From assembly GCF_963921235.1 (NCBI RefSeq), contig NC_086108.1:100132001-100196000 (forward strand): DNA of 64,000 nt, given 5' to 3'. This DNA comes from Mobula hypostoma (Eukaryota). Of this stretch, positions 48,926 through 61,731 are shown piece after piece. Numbering within the stretch: position 1 is the stretch's first letter; each line of letters begins with the position of its first letter. The position numbers and the translations under genes are program-made. The notes under the pieces were generated by a model. The model was not told where the DNA came from, did no database searches, and saw only the letters and a list, made by a program, of their open reading frames with translations.

Positions 48926-50252
48926 AACCTTGGGTCTGGATGAAGGGTCTCCGCCTGAAACGTCAACTGTTTACTCACTTCAATCAATGCTGCCTTGGTC
49001 TGCTGAGCTCCTCCAGCATTTTGTGTGTGTTGTTATGTATATATTTACTTTGATAATAAATCTATTTTGAACTTTGAATGTGTTTATGAGTAAGTCTGCG
49101 ATAATGCCTGTATATCTATCTGTATCAATGTGTGTGTGCATGCATGCTTGCATACGTATCTGCGTCTGTATTTGTATCCGTGTGTGTGTGTGTGTGTGTC
49201 AGTGGATACATTAATGTTTATGTACGTGTGTGAGTGTGTGAGTAGATATATTAATGTTTATGTACGTGTGTGTGTGGGTTCAAGCAGATGAAGGAAGCAT
49301 GCCAACTTTAGGTTGTGGACCCAGGATGGTGAATAGCTGTAATTTCCATTACGTCTTTGCTGGCCTCACATGTGTATGTAGGTGGACAGAAGAAGTCCAC
49401 ACAAAAGGACCCCTTGATCGCTGTGCTGTATAATTTTAATGATTCAATTACTTGGGTTCAAAGGTTTGCTTGCCTGCTGCAGTTTAACTACTATCCAGAG
49501 AGTGCTTGAGGGGCAGGGTGCCTGTGCTATTGGGGTACCCTGCTGACTGCAGCCCAGCAACCCCTCAGAGAAGGTAGTCAACACCTCACCTACATCCCTT
49601 CACCCTAACTCCCTAAGCCTTAAGAATTTTGTTTTTCCTTTGTTAGGCATCATCAGTATAGCCAAGAAGAGAAAGAGACCCAACTTCAATGTTTTGCTCC
49701 TTTGTCTTATGGTCTTATGGTTTTCCATGAGTTACAATGAAGGGTTTCAACCCAGAATGTTAACTGATCCATGGAGGTTTCAAATCAACACATATTTTGT
49801 TTTAGGACACAGAATCTGAATCAGGTTTATTATGTATAGTGGAATTTGTTCTTTTGTGGCAACGGCACAGTGCAAAAACGTTAAAAAATAATAAATAGTG
49901 AAAAAAAAAAGCAAAATAGTGAAGCCGTGTTCATGGCTGTACGGGTCATTCAAAAATCTAATGGTGGAGAGGGATAAGCTGCTTGTGCATCTTTCGGCTC
50001 CTGCACCTCCTTCCTGATGGTAGTAATGAGTAGAAGGCATGACCCAGATGGTGAGGATCCTTCACCAAAGATTCTAGCAGATTTCCACACATGGACCATT
50101 GACAGCATTCTGACTGGCTGCGTCACCATCTGGTTTGGAAGCGCCAACACACAGGATCGGAAAAAGATGCTGAGGGTTGTAAAGTCCATCATGGTCACGA
50201 GTCTCCCCACCTTCAAGGACATCTTCAACAAGCATGCCTCAAGTGAGCAACA

Positions 50253-50803
50253 TTAGATTAGATTCAACTTCATTGTCATTGTGCCGAGTACAGATACAAA
50301 GCCAATGAAATGCAGTTAGCATCTGACCAGAAACGCAAAGAATAGTGTTATTTACAAAATAACTGTGAATAAGAAGTAAGTGCTACAGCACACAAATATA
50401 AAAGTACTGAGACAGTACAATATGGGTGCAATACTACTTTAGCGCTGTGATGTGAGGTTCAGCAGGGTCACAGCCTCAGGGAAGAAGCTCTTCCTGAGCC
50501 TGCTGGTGCGGGAGCGGAGGCTCCTGTAGTGCCTACCAGATGGGAGGAGAGTAAAAAGTCCATGGTTGGGGTGAGATGCATCCTTGATAATGCTTTTCGC
50601 CCTGCCCAGGCAGCATTTATTGTAGATGTTCTCAATGGTGGGCAATTAGGTGCCGATAATCCGCTGGGCAGTTTTCACCACACGCTGGAGGGCTTTGCGG
50701 TCCGATACGGGACAATTGCCATACCACACTGAGATGCAGTTGGTGAGTATGCTCTCAATGGTACAGCAGTAAAAGTCCATCAGTATCCTGGGACAGAGGT
50801 GAG
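50253..50803 (-). mobile_element. Young Rex1-like 3' fragment nested in an older Rex1-like copy
   Basis: (TTAGA)n tail. FYCCTIESILTNCISVWYGNC..HPNHGLFTLLPSGRHYRSLRSRTSRLRKSFFP. Confidence 0.85.
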
Positions 50804-51017
50804 GACATCCACCATGAAGGACTCTCAGCATCCAGGACATGCCCTCCTCTGAATGCTACCATAAGGGAAGAGATACAGGAGCCTGATGAAACCTGCACTC
50901 AATGTGTTAGGAACAGATTCTTCTCCTTCACCATCAGATTTCTGAAAGACCCAAGAACTCATGAACACTTCCTCACAGTTTGCTCTTTTGGCACTACATT
51001 TTTAGTAATTTTTAGTA

Positions 51018-52260
51018 CAGTAGATTCCAGTTAATTGGGCAATTGGTTAATCAGGGCAGCTGCTTATTTGGGACAACTCTGAAAGAACAAATTCTAATTG
51101 AGAAAATAGCCAGGATTCCTTTTGTTCATTTGGGGTACAATGCTGCGCAACTGGGGCAGGAGACCATTGCCAAACAGTTTCTAACTGGCGTCAGATGCAT
51201 GCTCTGTGTGGCCATTAGACACTACAATGTGTGCTTAGAGTGAACAGCTTCTAAAGAGCATCTATTGTGTGTGTTTGTGTTCAAAAATAAATAATTTCTG
51301 TCACTGATTGTTGGTGAGAAATACGCAGTAAGAGAATTCAGAACTGTTTTGCTCACTGTGATTTCAAGCAATCAGTCTTGGAGATGCCAGAAATGGTTGG
51401 GAATGAAAATGAAATTATTTCACTATTTCAACAAGTTAGCAACTATGAAAAATTTGAATCATCTTGAATGTTACGATGAAAATGAAGATTTGGAGGATGC
51501 AATTGTCAATTGCATTGTGTGAAGGCAGTCCATTATCTACACCAGGTGTCTGTGCTGATTTTGTTCATTTACAGCCAATCAAAAGAACACGCCAACGTAC
51601 GCTGGATGAAGTCCTCCACCAATAACTATCGGGAACCGATACACAGTATTACGGTACTCTTTTAGTATTGATAGTGCTCTAAGTTGCTCTGTATTTCATT
51701 TAAATACAAAATTGAAATGCAGAGTAGTGTTGGAGTCCTGGTCTTGTCAATGTTTAACTGAGGCAGTTTGTGGACTAGACTCTGTAGTTCATGTTATGAT
51801 GTGTTTCTGGTTTCTGGTTGCTCTGTTTTCAGTGTTATTTTGTGTGATTTTGATCGGTGCAGACTGGCTCTGCAACCTGTAGTCAACAAGTAACACAGCG
51901 CTTGATTGAAATGAACTGAACATTCTTGGACTGTCAATTACTTTGTGGTTTGATGTTTCATATTGAGTTTTCCACTCGTATTTTGCCATTTGCACGATTT
52001 GTTCTTTTTCCCTTGCGCATTGGGGGTTGATGCTTTTTTTGTAAGGGTGCCATGGTTTTCTTTGTTTCATGGCTGTCGGTGGGAAGGCAAATCTCAGCGT
52101 TGTGTACTTTGAATCTTTAATTCATTACTCGGCTAAATAGTAGTTTGCCTTTCCCAGAACTTCTAAACTATTTCCATGAAACTTCAGCTAAATGGGACAG
52201 CCGCTTAATTGGGCCAAAATGTACTGGTCCTGATGTGCCCCAATTAACTAGAATCCACCG
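51018..52260 (+). mobile_element. pogo/Tigger non-autonomous element (contains a later retroposon fragment ~51715-52115)
   Basis: TA-CAGTAGATTCCAGTTAATTGGG...CCCAATTAACTAGAATCCACCG-TA. Remnant IQNCFAHCDFK followed by an acidic stretch, as in Tigger C-termini. Confidence 0.85.
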
Positions 52261-52654
52261 TATTTTTATCTATGTCTTTTAATGTACTGGGGCTGCAAAA
52301 CAACAAACGTCACGACATATTGTACGTCAGTGATAATAAACCTGATTCTGATTCTGAAACATTCTGACCAAGAAGTCAGCAGACAGTGGGGATGGCAGAT
52401 TGAGGGCGGTAGAGTCAAAACATTAAAGAGTTGAGTTGATGCATCAAATGGATGTGTCACCAGCTAATTTGTGTGCTTTGCTATCTGTCTAGGAGCTTTT
52501 TAAGAAAACAAACTTAATTGAAATGGTGTGTACTCATATAACAGCACAGATTAACTCACTGAGTCACGGTGACATTGAAAAGCTCACTAGGAAATTACTT
52601 TGCCTTCCAAAGAACTCAAGAATATTTCTTGAGGAATGACATACACAAACACAA

Positions 52655-53012
52655 AGAGTAGTGCAATCACTTAGGTTGAGTATGGTGTTCTCCTAAGGGG
52701 TTAGTTATTCTCTTAATGGAGAATGCCTGTGCGTGACTTTGTTTAACATGAGTAGGCTGATGCACAGGCAGCCAGTACACGGTCTTTGACAGATCAGGGT
52801 CAGGGTCCATTATCATGGTGCCTTTCACTGCTGTTGTGAAGGGTCATCATCTTCTGCCAGCTCCACTGTTGAAGTCTCGGTTGGATCGCTCTTTGTCTGG
52901 AATATCTCCTGAGAACTTCCCACCGTGGGTGACCCTACCAAGAGCCAAGCTCCAGACAGCAACGTCACGGTCGGGACTCACAAGCCTCTCTACTACAACA
53001 AAGTGACAATCC
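52655..53012 (-). mobile_element. RTE (Rex3/Expander-like) derived non-autonomous element
   Basis: Minus strand CTTTGTTGTAGTAGAGAGGCTTGTGAGTCCC...GGTAGGGTCACCCACGG...CCAGACAAAGAGCG, 5'UTR-like. Confidence 0.55.
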
Positions 53013-53054
53013 ACATACACACACACACACACGCACGCACAACCATAATATTTA

Positions 53055-54231
53055 CGGTATTGTACAAATTCCTAGACACACACACGCATACCCACACTTA
53101 CATATATGGTACCTCAGACCTTTGCAGAGTACTGTAGTAATTTTATGTATTGCAGTGTACTGTTGCCATCAAAAAAAAGATTTCCTGACATATGTGAGTG
53201 ATGATGAACCTGATTTTGATATAAATCTCTGTGGTGGATTGAGAGTGAGAAGAGAGCAGGGAGCAGGGAAATCATATAACCATATAACCATATAACAATT
53301 ACAGCATGGAAACAGGCCATCTCGGCCCTTCTAGACCGTGCCAAACGCTACTCTCACCTAGTCCCATCTACCTACTCTCAGCCCATAACCCTCCATTCAC
53401 TTCCTGTCCATATACCTATCCAATTTCTTTTTAAATGACAAAATCGAACCTGCCTCTACCACTTCTACTAGAAGCTCGTTCCACACAGCTACCACTCTCT
53501 GAGTAAAGAAGTTCCCCCTCGTGTTAGCCGTAAACTTTTGCCCTTTAACTCTCAACTCATGTCCTCTTTTAAATCTCCCCTACTCTCAAAGGAAAAAGCC
53601 TATTCATGTCAACTCTATCCATCCCCCTCATAATTTTAAATACCTCTATCAAGTTCTCCCTCAATCTTCTATGCTTCAAAGAATGAAGACCCAACTTGTT
53701 CAACCTTTCTCTGTAACTTGGGTGCTGAAACCCACGTAACATTCTAGTAAATCTCCTCTGTACTCTCTCTATTTTGTTGACATCTTTCCTCTTATTCGGT
53801 GACCAGAACTGTACACAATACTCCAAATTTGCCCTCACCAATGCCTTATACAATTTTATCATTACATCCCAACTCCTATACTCAATGCTCCAAATCATGG
53901 TTGGAGAAAGGAGAAGGAAGAGGGAAAGCAGCGGGAAGCACCAGAAAGACATTCTTTAATGATCATTAAACCTATCATTTGGAATCAATTGACCTTGCCT
54001 GGTGTCTCAAGGCTGGATTTGTCTGCACTCGTGCCATCCCCCAGTCCCTAACATTCCGTCTCTGCCGCCTGTCCTACAGCACTCCACCCTCGCCATTCCC
54101 AACATCCTTTGTTCCCCACCATGTTTACAAATGCGCTCTGTGCTCCACGTTGGCAAATACAGTACTGTGCAAAAGTCTTAGGCACCCTAACTATACATAC
54201 AGCATATGTCTAAGACATTTGCACAGTACTG
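53055..54231 (-). mobile_element. Composite mini-MITE/cargo/mini-MITE element (copy 2), interrupted by CR1
   Basis: TA-flanked hairpins at 53055-53134 and 54160-54231. Cargo is the reverse complement of 20220-20577. Confidence 0.75.
53276..53891 (-). mobile_element. Young CR1 3' fragment with TSD
   Basis: (CATATAAC)n tail. IEYRSWDVMIKLYKALVRANLEYCVQFWSP. AAATCAT at 53269-75 and 53892-98. Confidence 0.9.
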
Positions 54232-54639
54232 TATCAGCAAGGACACTAACATAACAGATTGATGAGGATGTTGCCTGTCCTTAAGGGACTGAGGTGTGGA
54301 CAGAGATTGAACAGTTTTAGACTTTTTGTCACTGAAGTGTAGGAAAATGAGGGATGGTCTTACAAAGCTGTATAAAATCATGAGGGGCATAGACAGGGTG
54401 AACACGCATAATCTTTTTCCCAGGGTTGGGAATTAAGAATTGAAGGGGACAGGTTCAAGATGAGAGAGGAAAGATTAAATAAAAACCTGAGGGATATCAT
54501 TTTCACCCAGAAGGTGGTCAGTATTTGAAACAAGCTACCAGAAGAAGTGGTTGAGGCAAATACATCAACAACATAAAAAAGGATCTTGGACAGGTACATG
54601 GTTAGGAAAAGTTTTTTGGGATATGGGCCTTTCACAGCA

Positions 54640-55052
54640 GGGTTGAAAGCAAAGATCAAAGCCTGAAGGTCAATCGGAAATCCAGAAGTCAAGTTCTGAT
54701 GCTGGGTCGGTGAGTGTTTGAGTCCAGTGGAGATGCTAAAAGCCCAATGTCTGTGAGTCTATGAGTCCGCGGGAGGGTGGAGACCAGAGATGGCCTGTCC
54801 TCAGGTTGAAGGACTGTGTGCAGTTTGTGGGTGGCTGGGTGGGAGGGAGGAAAGGGGTTCGATTTGCTGATGCTCTGTTGTGTTGTTCTGTGAAAATTGT
54901 GGACATGTTATGTTGGTGGTAGAATGTGTGGTGACTCTTGTGGGCTGCCCCCAGCACATCCTTGGGGGGGGGGGTAATTTGTTAATTCAAACAGCACATT
55001 TCACTGTGTGCTTTGATGTTCACGCGATAAATAAATCATTCTGAATCTGAAT
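54640..55052 (+). mobile_element. VNTR-type element with shared SINE tail, inserted in a CR1 3' end
   Basis: Same tail as 12260, 31508 and 57245, ending CTGAATCTGAATC. Confidence 0.6.
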
Positions 55053-57244
55053 CAAATGAGACCAGCTTAGATGGGAATATTGGTCAGCAAGGACCAGTTG
55101 GGCGGAAGGGCCTGTTTCTGTGTGGTATGACCCCATGACTGATCATCAAATGAGCAGCACAATGAAACAGTGTGCCGGGGCTGCTGCCTCACATCTCCGG
55201 TCCATGTTCGATCCCAGCCTCAGGTGTGTGGAGTTGACATGTTCTGTCTGTGTCTCTGTGGGTTTTTGTATTGCTCTGCATTTCTTCTCCATCCCAAACA
55301 TGTGAACGTTTGGTACATTGACTGACCCCTGTAAATTGCCCCTGGTGTGTAGGTGAGTGCTAGAATCTGGGTGCTTGTTGATGTGAATGCGGGCAGGATA
55401 GAATGGGATTATTTTGATGGGTGCTTCACGACTGGATTTAATTCAATGAGCCAAGGCGTTTTTGCTCTATGATTCCATGAAAACATTTCACTTTGCTTCT
55501 TTCTCATTTCACAGGCTTGTCCTCTTTTTCCGCGTCTTCTCTTTCAGCAAGTCCTCTTTCGTTCAGTTCTGCTTGCCTCATTACGTGGGGGCTTCAGCAA
55601 GGGTGCAGAGATTTACCAGCATGCTCTTTGGAATGGAGACCATGTCTTATGAGAATCGGCTGAGGGAGCTGGGCTTTTCCCTTTGGATAGAAGGAAGAAA
55701 ACAGGTGACTTGATAGAGGTATATAAGATGATAAGAAGCATCAACCAAGTGGACAGCCAGGGACTTTTTCCCAGAGCAGAAATGGTTAATACCAAGGGGA
55801 ATAACTTTAAAGTGTTGGGAAGAAAGGGATGTCGGAAGCAGGTTTTTTACACTGAGTGGTGAGTGCGTAGAACACATTGCCAGGGGAGGAGGTGGAGGCA
55901 GATGCTTTAGGGACATTTGAGAGACACTTAGATAGGCACATGGAAGATGGGAAAATGGAGGGCTATGTGGGAGGGAAGGGTTAGATTGATCTTGGAATAG
56001 GTTAAAAGGTCACCAGAGCACCGAAGAGCCTGTACTGTGCTGTATTTCTCTGTAATCAATGTTCTTTGACTTGGGTCATTAGATGAACCCTACAAGCTTC
56101 TGAAGGCTGAGCTGCTGCTTCCTCATTGATGGGCTTGTTCATGCCCATTCACTTCACATACCAGATCCGACACAGAGTACGTTATTGAGTTTGACCACTG
56201 TTGCAAAAATAGTTGCTTATTAGCTAAAAATAAAACAGGAAACTCTGCATACAGTCAACAATTCTGCGGCGAGAGAAACAGAGTGATTGTTTCAGATCCG
56301 TGACCTTCCATCAGAACCGACGGGTGGCTGACAGGAAATATTAACCTGCTTCAGTTTCCACGGATTCTGTTTGATAAGCTGAGGGTTCCCCGCATTTTCT
56401 GTCCCATTTCAGAGTTCCAGGATCTGCAGCCTTTTCTTTTCAATGACTGCTCGGGTTTCAATCCTCACTGTCAAACTTAAGCAATAATCGGCCTGAGAGT
56501 CACTAACTCTGATTGGACCTTCGCCTGGAGCACGTGGAGCATATCGACAAGGAGCGCTGCCACAAGAAGGCAGCATCCATCAACAAAGACACCCCCACCC
56601 CCACCAGTCACACCACGCTCTATTCTATTTACTGCCATCAGGAAGGAGGTACAGGAGCCTTAGGTCTAACACGACCGATTTCAGGAACAGTTATTACCCT
56701 TCAACCGTCAGGCTCCTGAACCGGCGTGAATAACTTGGTTTATCCATCAAGTGTCCACTCTTACCACAGCAAATTAGAATGTGAGTGGTTACCCATTGAT
56801 AACTAATCTTTGCCAGTAGTTATTAATAGTTAATCAGAGAAATAAATCTTAACAAAATTGCCTCTTTTCTCCATCTCAATATTTTTCAACTAGTGAATAA
56901 GGTTCAATGCCAACAAGTTAATTTAATGATGAATGCTTTTTATCCTGAGTTTCTGACAGCAATGTCAGGGAAATTAATCTTCAGTTTCTGGAAACACTGG
57001 GACATTTCTGAAAGTGGTAGCTGTAATTGGTCCCAACTTTTCCCAACAATTCATTAAACTAGTTACGAGCTTGGGCAAAGCACTTAACATGTAAGGGCAG
57101 TTTAATGAAGTGATATTATATTACTCTAGATTCCCAAACATTAGATATTGAATATTGGATGTTGAATATATTTGGGAATACTATATTCCCAAAGCTGGGT
57201 TGTGAATAATGAAATTCAAAATGGCATTAAGCTGCAGGGACCAA

Positions 57245-58056
57245 GGTTCAAGGCTCAAACTCAGGCTGTTAGGTTCGTAGGGATGGTTTTTGTAGACAGA
57301 GTCAGAAGTCTGGGGTCGGGATAGGGTTCCAAGATGGGGTAGGAACTGGAGGTCAGTGCTCAGGACGAAGTACTCCTAGGCTGGAGGCCAGTGATCGCCA
57401 AGGACGTTGGTTTGTTATTCTCAAGAATGAGGGCTGGTGATGCCCAAGGTCGGTAAGTCCCGGGGTCGGAGATCTGAGGTCAGCAAGTCCTGGATTGGAG
57501 GCCAGTGATTGGCATCTCCTGAATTCAAACCGGGAGATCAGCAAGTCCAAAGGTCAAAATCCCAAAGTCAGCAGGTAGTGAGATCGAGGGCAGTGAGTAG
57601 CAAGTCATGGGGTTGAAAACCATTAGTCACCAAGTCCGGAGGTCAAAGCCCAGAAGTCAAGATTCTGAGGTCGGTGAGTCCGGAGATCAAAGTTTAAAGG
57701 TCAAAGTCAGAGATTCAATGTTTGCAAATCTGTGAGCCGAGGGCCTGGGCTAAGGACTGGAGGCCCAGAAGAGGCCTATCTTGGGATTGGAAGCCCGACT
57801 ATGTGTGAGAGGTGAAGGGTAGGGAGGAGGTTTGTTTTGTGGTTAGTGCTTTGTTTATGTTGTTTTTGTTGTTGTTGTTGCTTGCTGTAAGTTGGTTGTG
57901 TATTGATCTACTGAACATTGTGGTTATGTTGTTGCCTGAATGTGTGACAGCACTTGCAGGCTGCCCTCAGCACATCCTTCGGCTGGGTTGGTTGTTAACA
58001 CAAATAATGCAGTTCACCCTATGTATCAATGTACATGTGATAAATAAATCTAATTT
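57245..58056 (+). mobile_element. VNTR-bearing element with shared SINE tail
   Basis: Repeated GGTCAGCAAGTCC/GGAGGTCAAAGCCC units, reverse-complement-like to 31900-32283, followed by the shared tail. Confidence 0.65.
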
Positions 58057-58339
58057 AATGTACTCCCTCCCAGCAGTTTGCAAATATATGAATCTAAGGG
58101 CCTTCATTTCATACAGCACTACAGATAAAATATTCCATCAAATAATGCTTTCTCCTTTAATTTACTAAGGTTTGCATCAAAGTCACTTCAAGGGACAAAA
58201 TTTCAAATGAATAGATCTTCACTACGTCCAGCTTTAATGATCTGCTAAGTTTCAAATACTGTGATTTGATTGCTAAAGAGTAGTACCAGAAACACCAAAT
58301 CAATTCAAGTCAAAGTTAAAGTAAAATTTTTTATCAAAG

Positions 58340-59565
58340 TACATTCTCAAAGGTTTTGAGAGGTTGGTGATGAAACATATAAACTCCTGCCTGAGCAGCC
58401 ACTTAGATCCATTCCAATTTGCCTATAGAGCAACAGGTCCACAGCAGATGCCAACTCATTGGCTCCCCATTCAACCTTGGAACAGCTGGACAGCAAAGAT
58501 GCAGACATTAGGATGCCCTTTATCGACTACAGCTCAGCATTCAATATCATCATCCCCTCAAAACTAATCAATAAGCTCCAAGACCTGGGCCTCAAAACCT
58601 CCATGTGCAATTGAATTCTAGATTTCCTGACTTGCAGACACCAGTCAGTTTGGATGGGCAACAGCATCTTCCCCACAATTTCCATCAGCACAGATGAACC
58701 ACAAGGCTGTGTGCTTAGCCCCCGGCTCTACTCACTTTACACTTATGACTGTGTAGCTAAGCACAACTCCAAAGCCATATTCAAGTTTGCTGACAACACC
58801 ACTGCCGTTGGCCAAATCAAAGATGATTATGAATCAGCATATAGGAGGGTGATTGAAAATCTGTCTAAGTGGTGCCACAACAATAACCTCTTATTCAATG
58901 TCAGCAAAACTAAGGAGCTGATTATTGACTTCAGTAGAAGGAAATTAGAGATCCTTGAGACAGTCCTTTTTGGAGGATCAGATTTGGAGAGGGTCAGCAA
59001 CTTTAAATTCCTCGGTGTTATTATTTTAGAAGATGTGTCTTGAGCCCAGCATTTAAGTGCAATTAGGAAGAAAGCACCTCTACTTCCTTTGGAGTTTGCA
59101 AGAGATTTGGCACAGCATCTAAAACTTTGACAAACTTCAATAGATCTGTAATCAGGTGTATATTAACTGGCTGCATCACAGGCTGGTTTGGAAACCAATG
59201 CCCTTGAATGGAAAATCCTACAAAAAGTAGTGGATACGACCCAGTACATCACAGGTAAAGCCCTCTCCACCATTAAGCACGTCTATGTGAAATGTTGTCG
59301 CAGAATAGCCACATCCATCTTCAGGGACCCCCACCACCAAGGATATGCTCTCTTCTCACTGCTGCCATCAGGAAAAAGGCAGAAGAGCCTCTGGACTCAC
59401 ACAAGAAGGTTCAGGTATTGTTACTACCCCTCAACCATCAGGCTCTTGAACTAAAGGAGATAACTTCACTCAACTTCACTTGCCCCATCACTTGACTGTT
59501 CCCATAACCTGTGGACTCACTTTCAAGGACTCTTCACCTAACGTTCTCAATATTTATTGCTTATC

Positions 59566-59600
<35 letters not shown>

Positions 59601-59785
59601 TCTTTCTTTTTCTATTTGTTGTCTTCTGCACTCTGGCTGAACACCCACATTGGGCAGTCTTTCATTGATTCTGTAACCATTATTATTCTATAGATTTATT
59701 GAGTATGCCCACAAGAAACTAAATCTCAGTGTTCTATATGGTGACATAAATGTACTTTGATAATAAATTTGCTTTAAAGCTTTGA
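58340..59785 (+). mobile_element. Rex1-like LINE, RT to 3' end, frameshifted
   Basis: [71 protein letters not shown]. Confidence 0.9.
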
Positions 59786-59899
59786 ACAAATATGTTACCA
59801 TATACTACCTTGAGATTCATTTTCTTGGAGGCTTTTAAAGGAAACTAAAGAAATACCATAAAATTTTCAAATAAACTATACAATAAAACTCACTAACAA

Positions 59900-60720
59900 T
59901 AACACTGGTGCACATCAAGGATGTGTGCTTAGCCCCAATACTTTACTCTCTCTACACCCATGATTGTGTGGCTAGGCACAGCTCAAAGATCATCTATAAA
60001 TTTGCTAATGACACAACTATTGTTGTAATAACATTGGATGGTGATGAGGGGGCTTACAAAAGCAAGATAAATCAGCTGGTTGAGAGGTGTTGCAAGCAAC
60101 AACATTGACCTCAATGTCAGTAAGACCAAGGAATTGATTGTGAACTCCAGGAAGAGAAAATCAAAGGAACTCACACTAGACCTCATCAAGGGATCATCAG
60201 TGGAAAGGGTGAGAATTTTTAAGTTTCTGGGTGTCAACATCTCTAAAGATCTATCCTGGGCCCAACATTTTGATGCAATTACAAAGAAGGGATGGCAGTG
60301 GCTATATGTCATTAGGAGTTTGAGGAGGCTTGGTATGTCACCAAATAAATCTCTCATAAATGTCTACAGATGTACCACAGAGAGCATTCTAACTAGTTGC
60401 ATCACCATAAGGTATGGTGGGGACACAACACAAGACTGGAAAAAGCTGTAGCAAGCTGTAAACTCAGCCATCTCCATCATGGGTGCTAGCCTCCCCAACA
60501 CTGAGGTTGCCTTCAAAAGCCGTTGCCTCAAAAAGGCAACATCCATCATCAAGGACTTCCATCACTCAGGACATGCCCTCTTTTCAGTGCCAACATCAGA
60601 GAGGAGGTACAGGAGCCTGAAGACACACACTCAGCACTTCAGGAACAGCTTCTTCCCCTCTGCCAACAGATTTCTGAATGGTCAATGAACCTTTGAACAC
60701 TACCTCACTATAGTTTTTCT
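59900..60720 (+). mobile_element. Second Rex1-like RT 3' fragment
   Basis: LAPILYSLYTHDC..YKFANDTT, LNVSKTKELIVN..FKFLGVNIS..HFRNSFFPSANRFLN. Confidence 0.9.
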
Positions 60721-60939
60721 GAGTCTGATAAAGAAAAACTGACAAACAACCAATGTGCAAAAGAAAACAAATTGCACAAATGTGAAAAGATACTGAGCTG
60801 TATTAAAGAGTCCTTGAAAGTGAGTCTATAGGTTATAGAATCAGTTCAAAGTTGTGGTGAGTGAAGTTATCCAGACTGGTTCAGGGACCTGATGGTTGTA
60901 GGGTAATAACTGTTCCTGAACCTGGTGGTGTGGTTAACT

Positions 60940-61396
60940 GATGTTATTTATACCTCTGTATAACAAAAATACTCGAATAAGAAGGTGCTACGTTCATACC
61001 ACACTGACATATTGAAGCAAATATTGAACTATATCAAAGCAAAATGAGGGAAGTCTTGAATCTGCAGAAATATGTTTTTTTGAGAAGAATGATGAAAATA
61101 TCGTGGAAGGACAGAGCAACAAATGAGGAAGTGTTGTGAACATCTGGAATAAGATGAGAGCTGATATCATCAATCAGGAAACGGCAGCTGGAATTTCTGG
61201 GACATGTACTCAGGAAAGAGAAGCTCGAACATCTTGCAGTGACAGGAAAAACTGATGGAAGAAAAAGTCGCTGTCGACAGAGCATGATATTCATCAGTTA
61301 CATCAAGCTTATTAGAACTTCTCAGATTAAAGACAAACGGAAGACCATGATCGCCCATGCCATATAACATGGCACATAATGATAATGACGATGATG
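60940..61396 (+). mobile_element. RTE-clade LINE 3' fragment
   Basis: Decayed ..AEICFLRRMMKISWKDRATNEEVL..RKRQLEFLGHVLRKEKLEHLAVTGK. (ATG)n-like tail. Confidence 0.85.
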
Positions 61397-61651
61397 GGAA
61401 GGTCATCTCTCCACCATGACCATTTTAAGGTATTTTCAGACCTGCTGCTGCTGTGTTGTCTGTATCCCTGAACTAAACTCTGAATTTAATTCTTCCAAAG
61501 CTGAAGCAGGCTGTTTTGTTGATTTACTTTTAGTGGCAGCTGATATGAAACTGTTGTTCTGGCCGTTGCATATTAGATTAAAGTGTGTAAACTGTGCCTT
61601 CATAGGGTGCATAGATGTCTTTTCCAAGAGAAAAGGAACCAAAAGCTAGAG

Positions 61652-61731
61652 CAGGGGTTCCCAATCTTGTTTATGCCATGGAACCTTACCATTAACCGCG
61701 GGGTCTATGGATCCCAGGTTGGCAACCTCTG
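61652..61731. mobile_element. 80-bp hAT (Charlie-like) MITE
   Basis: CAGGGGTTCCCAA...TTGGCAACCTCTG termini. 8-bp TSD AGCTAGAG/AACTAGAG (7/8). Confidence 0.8.
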
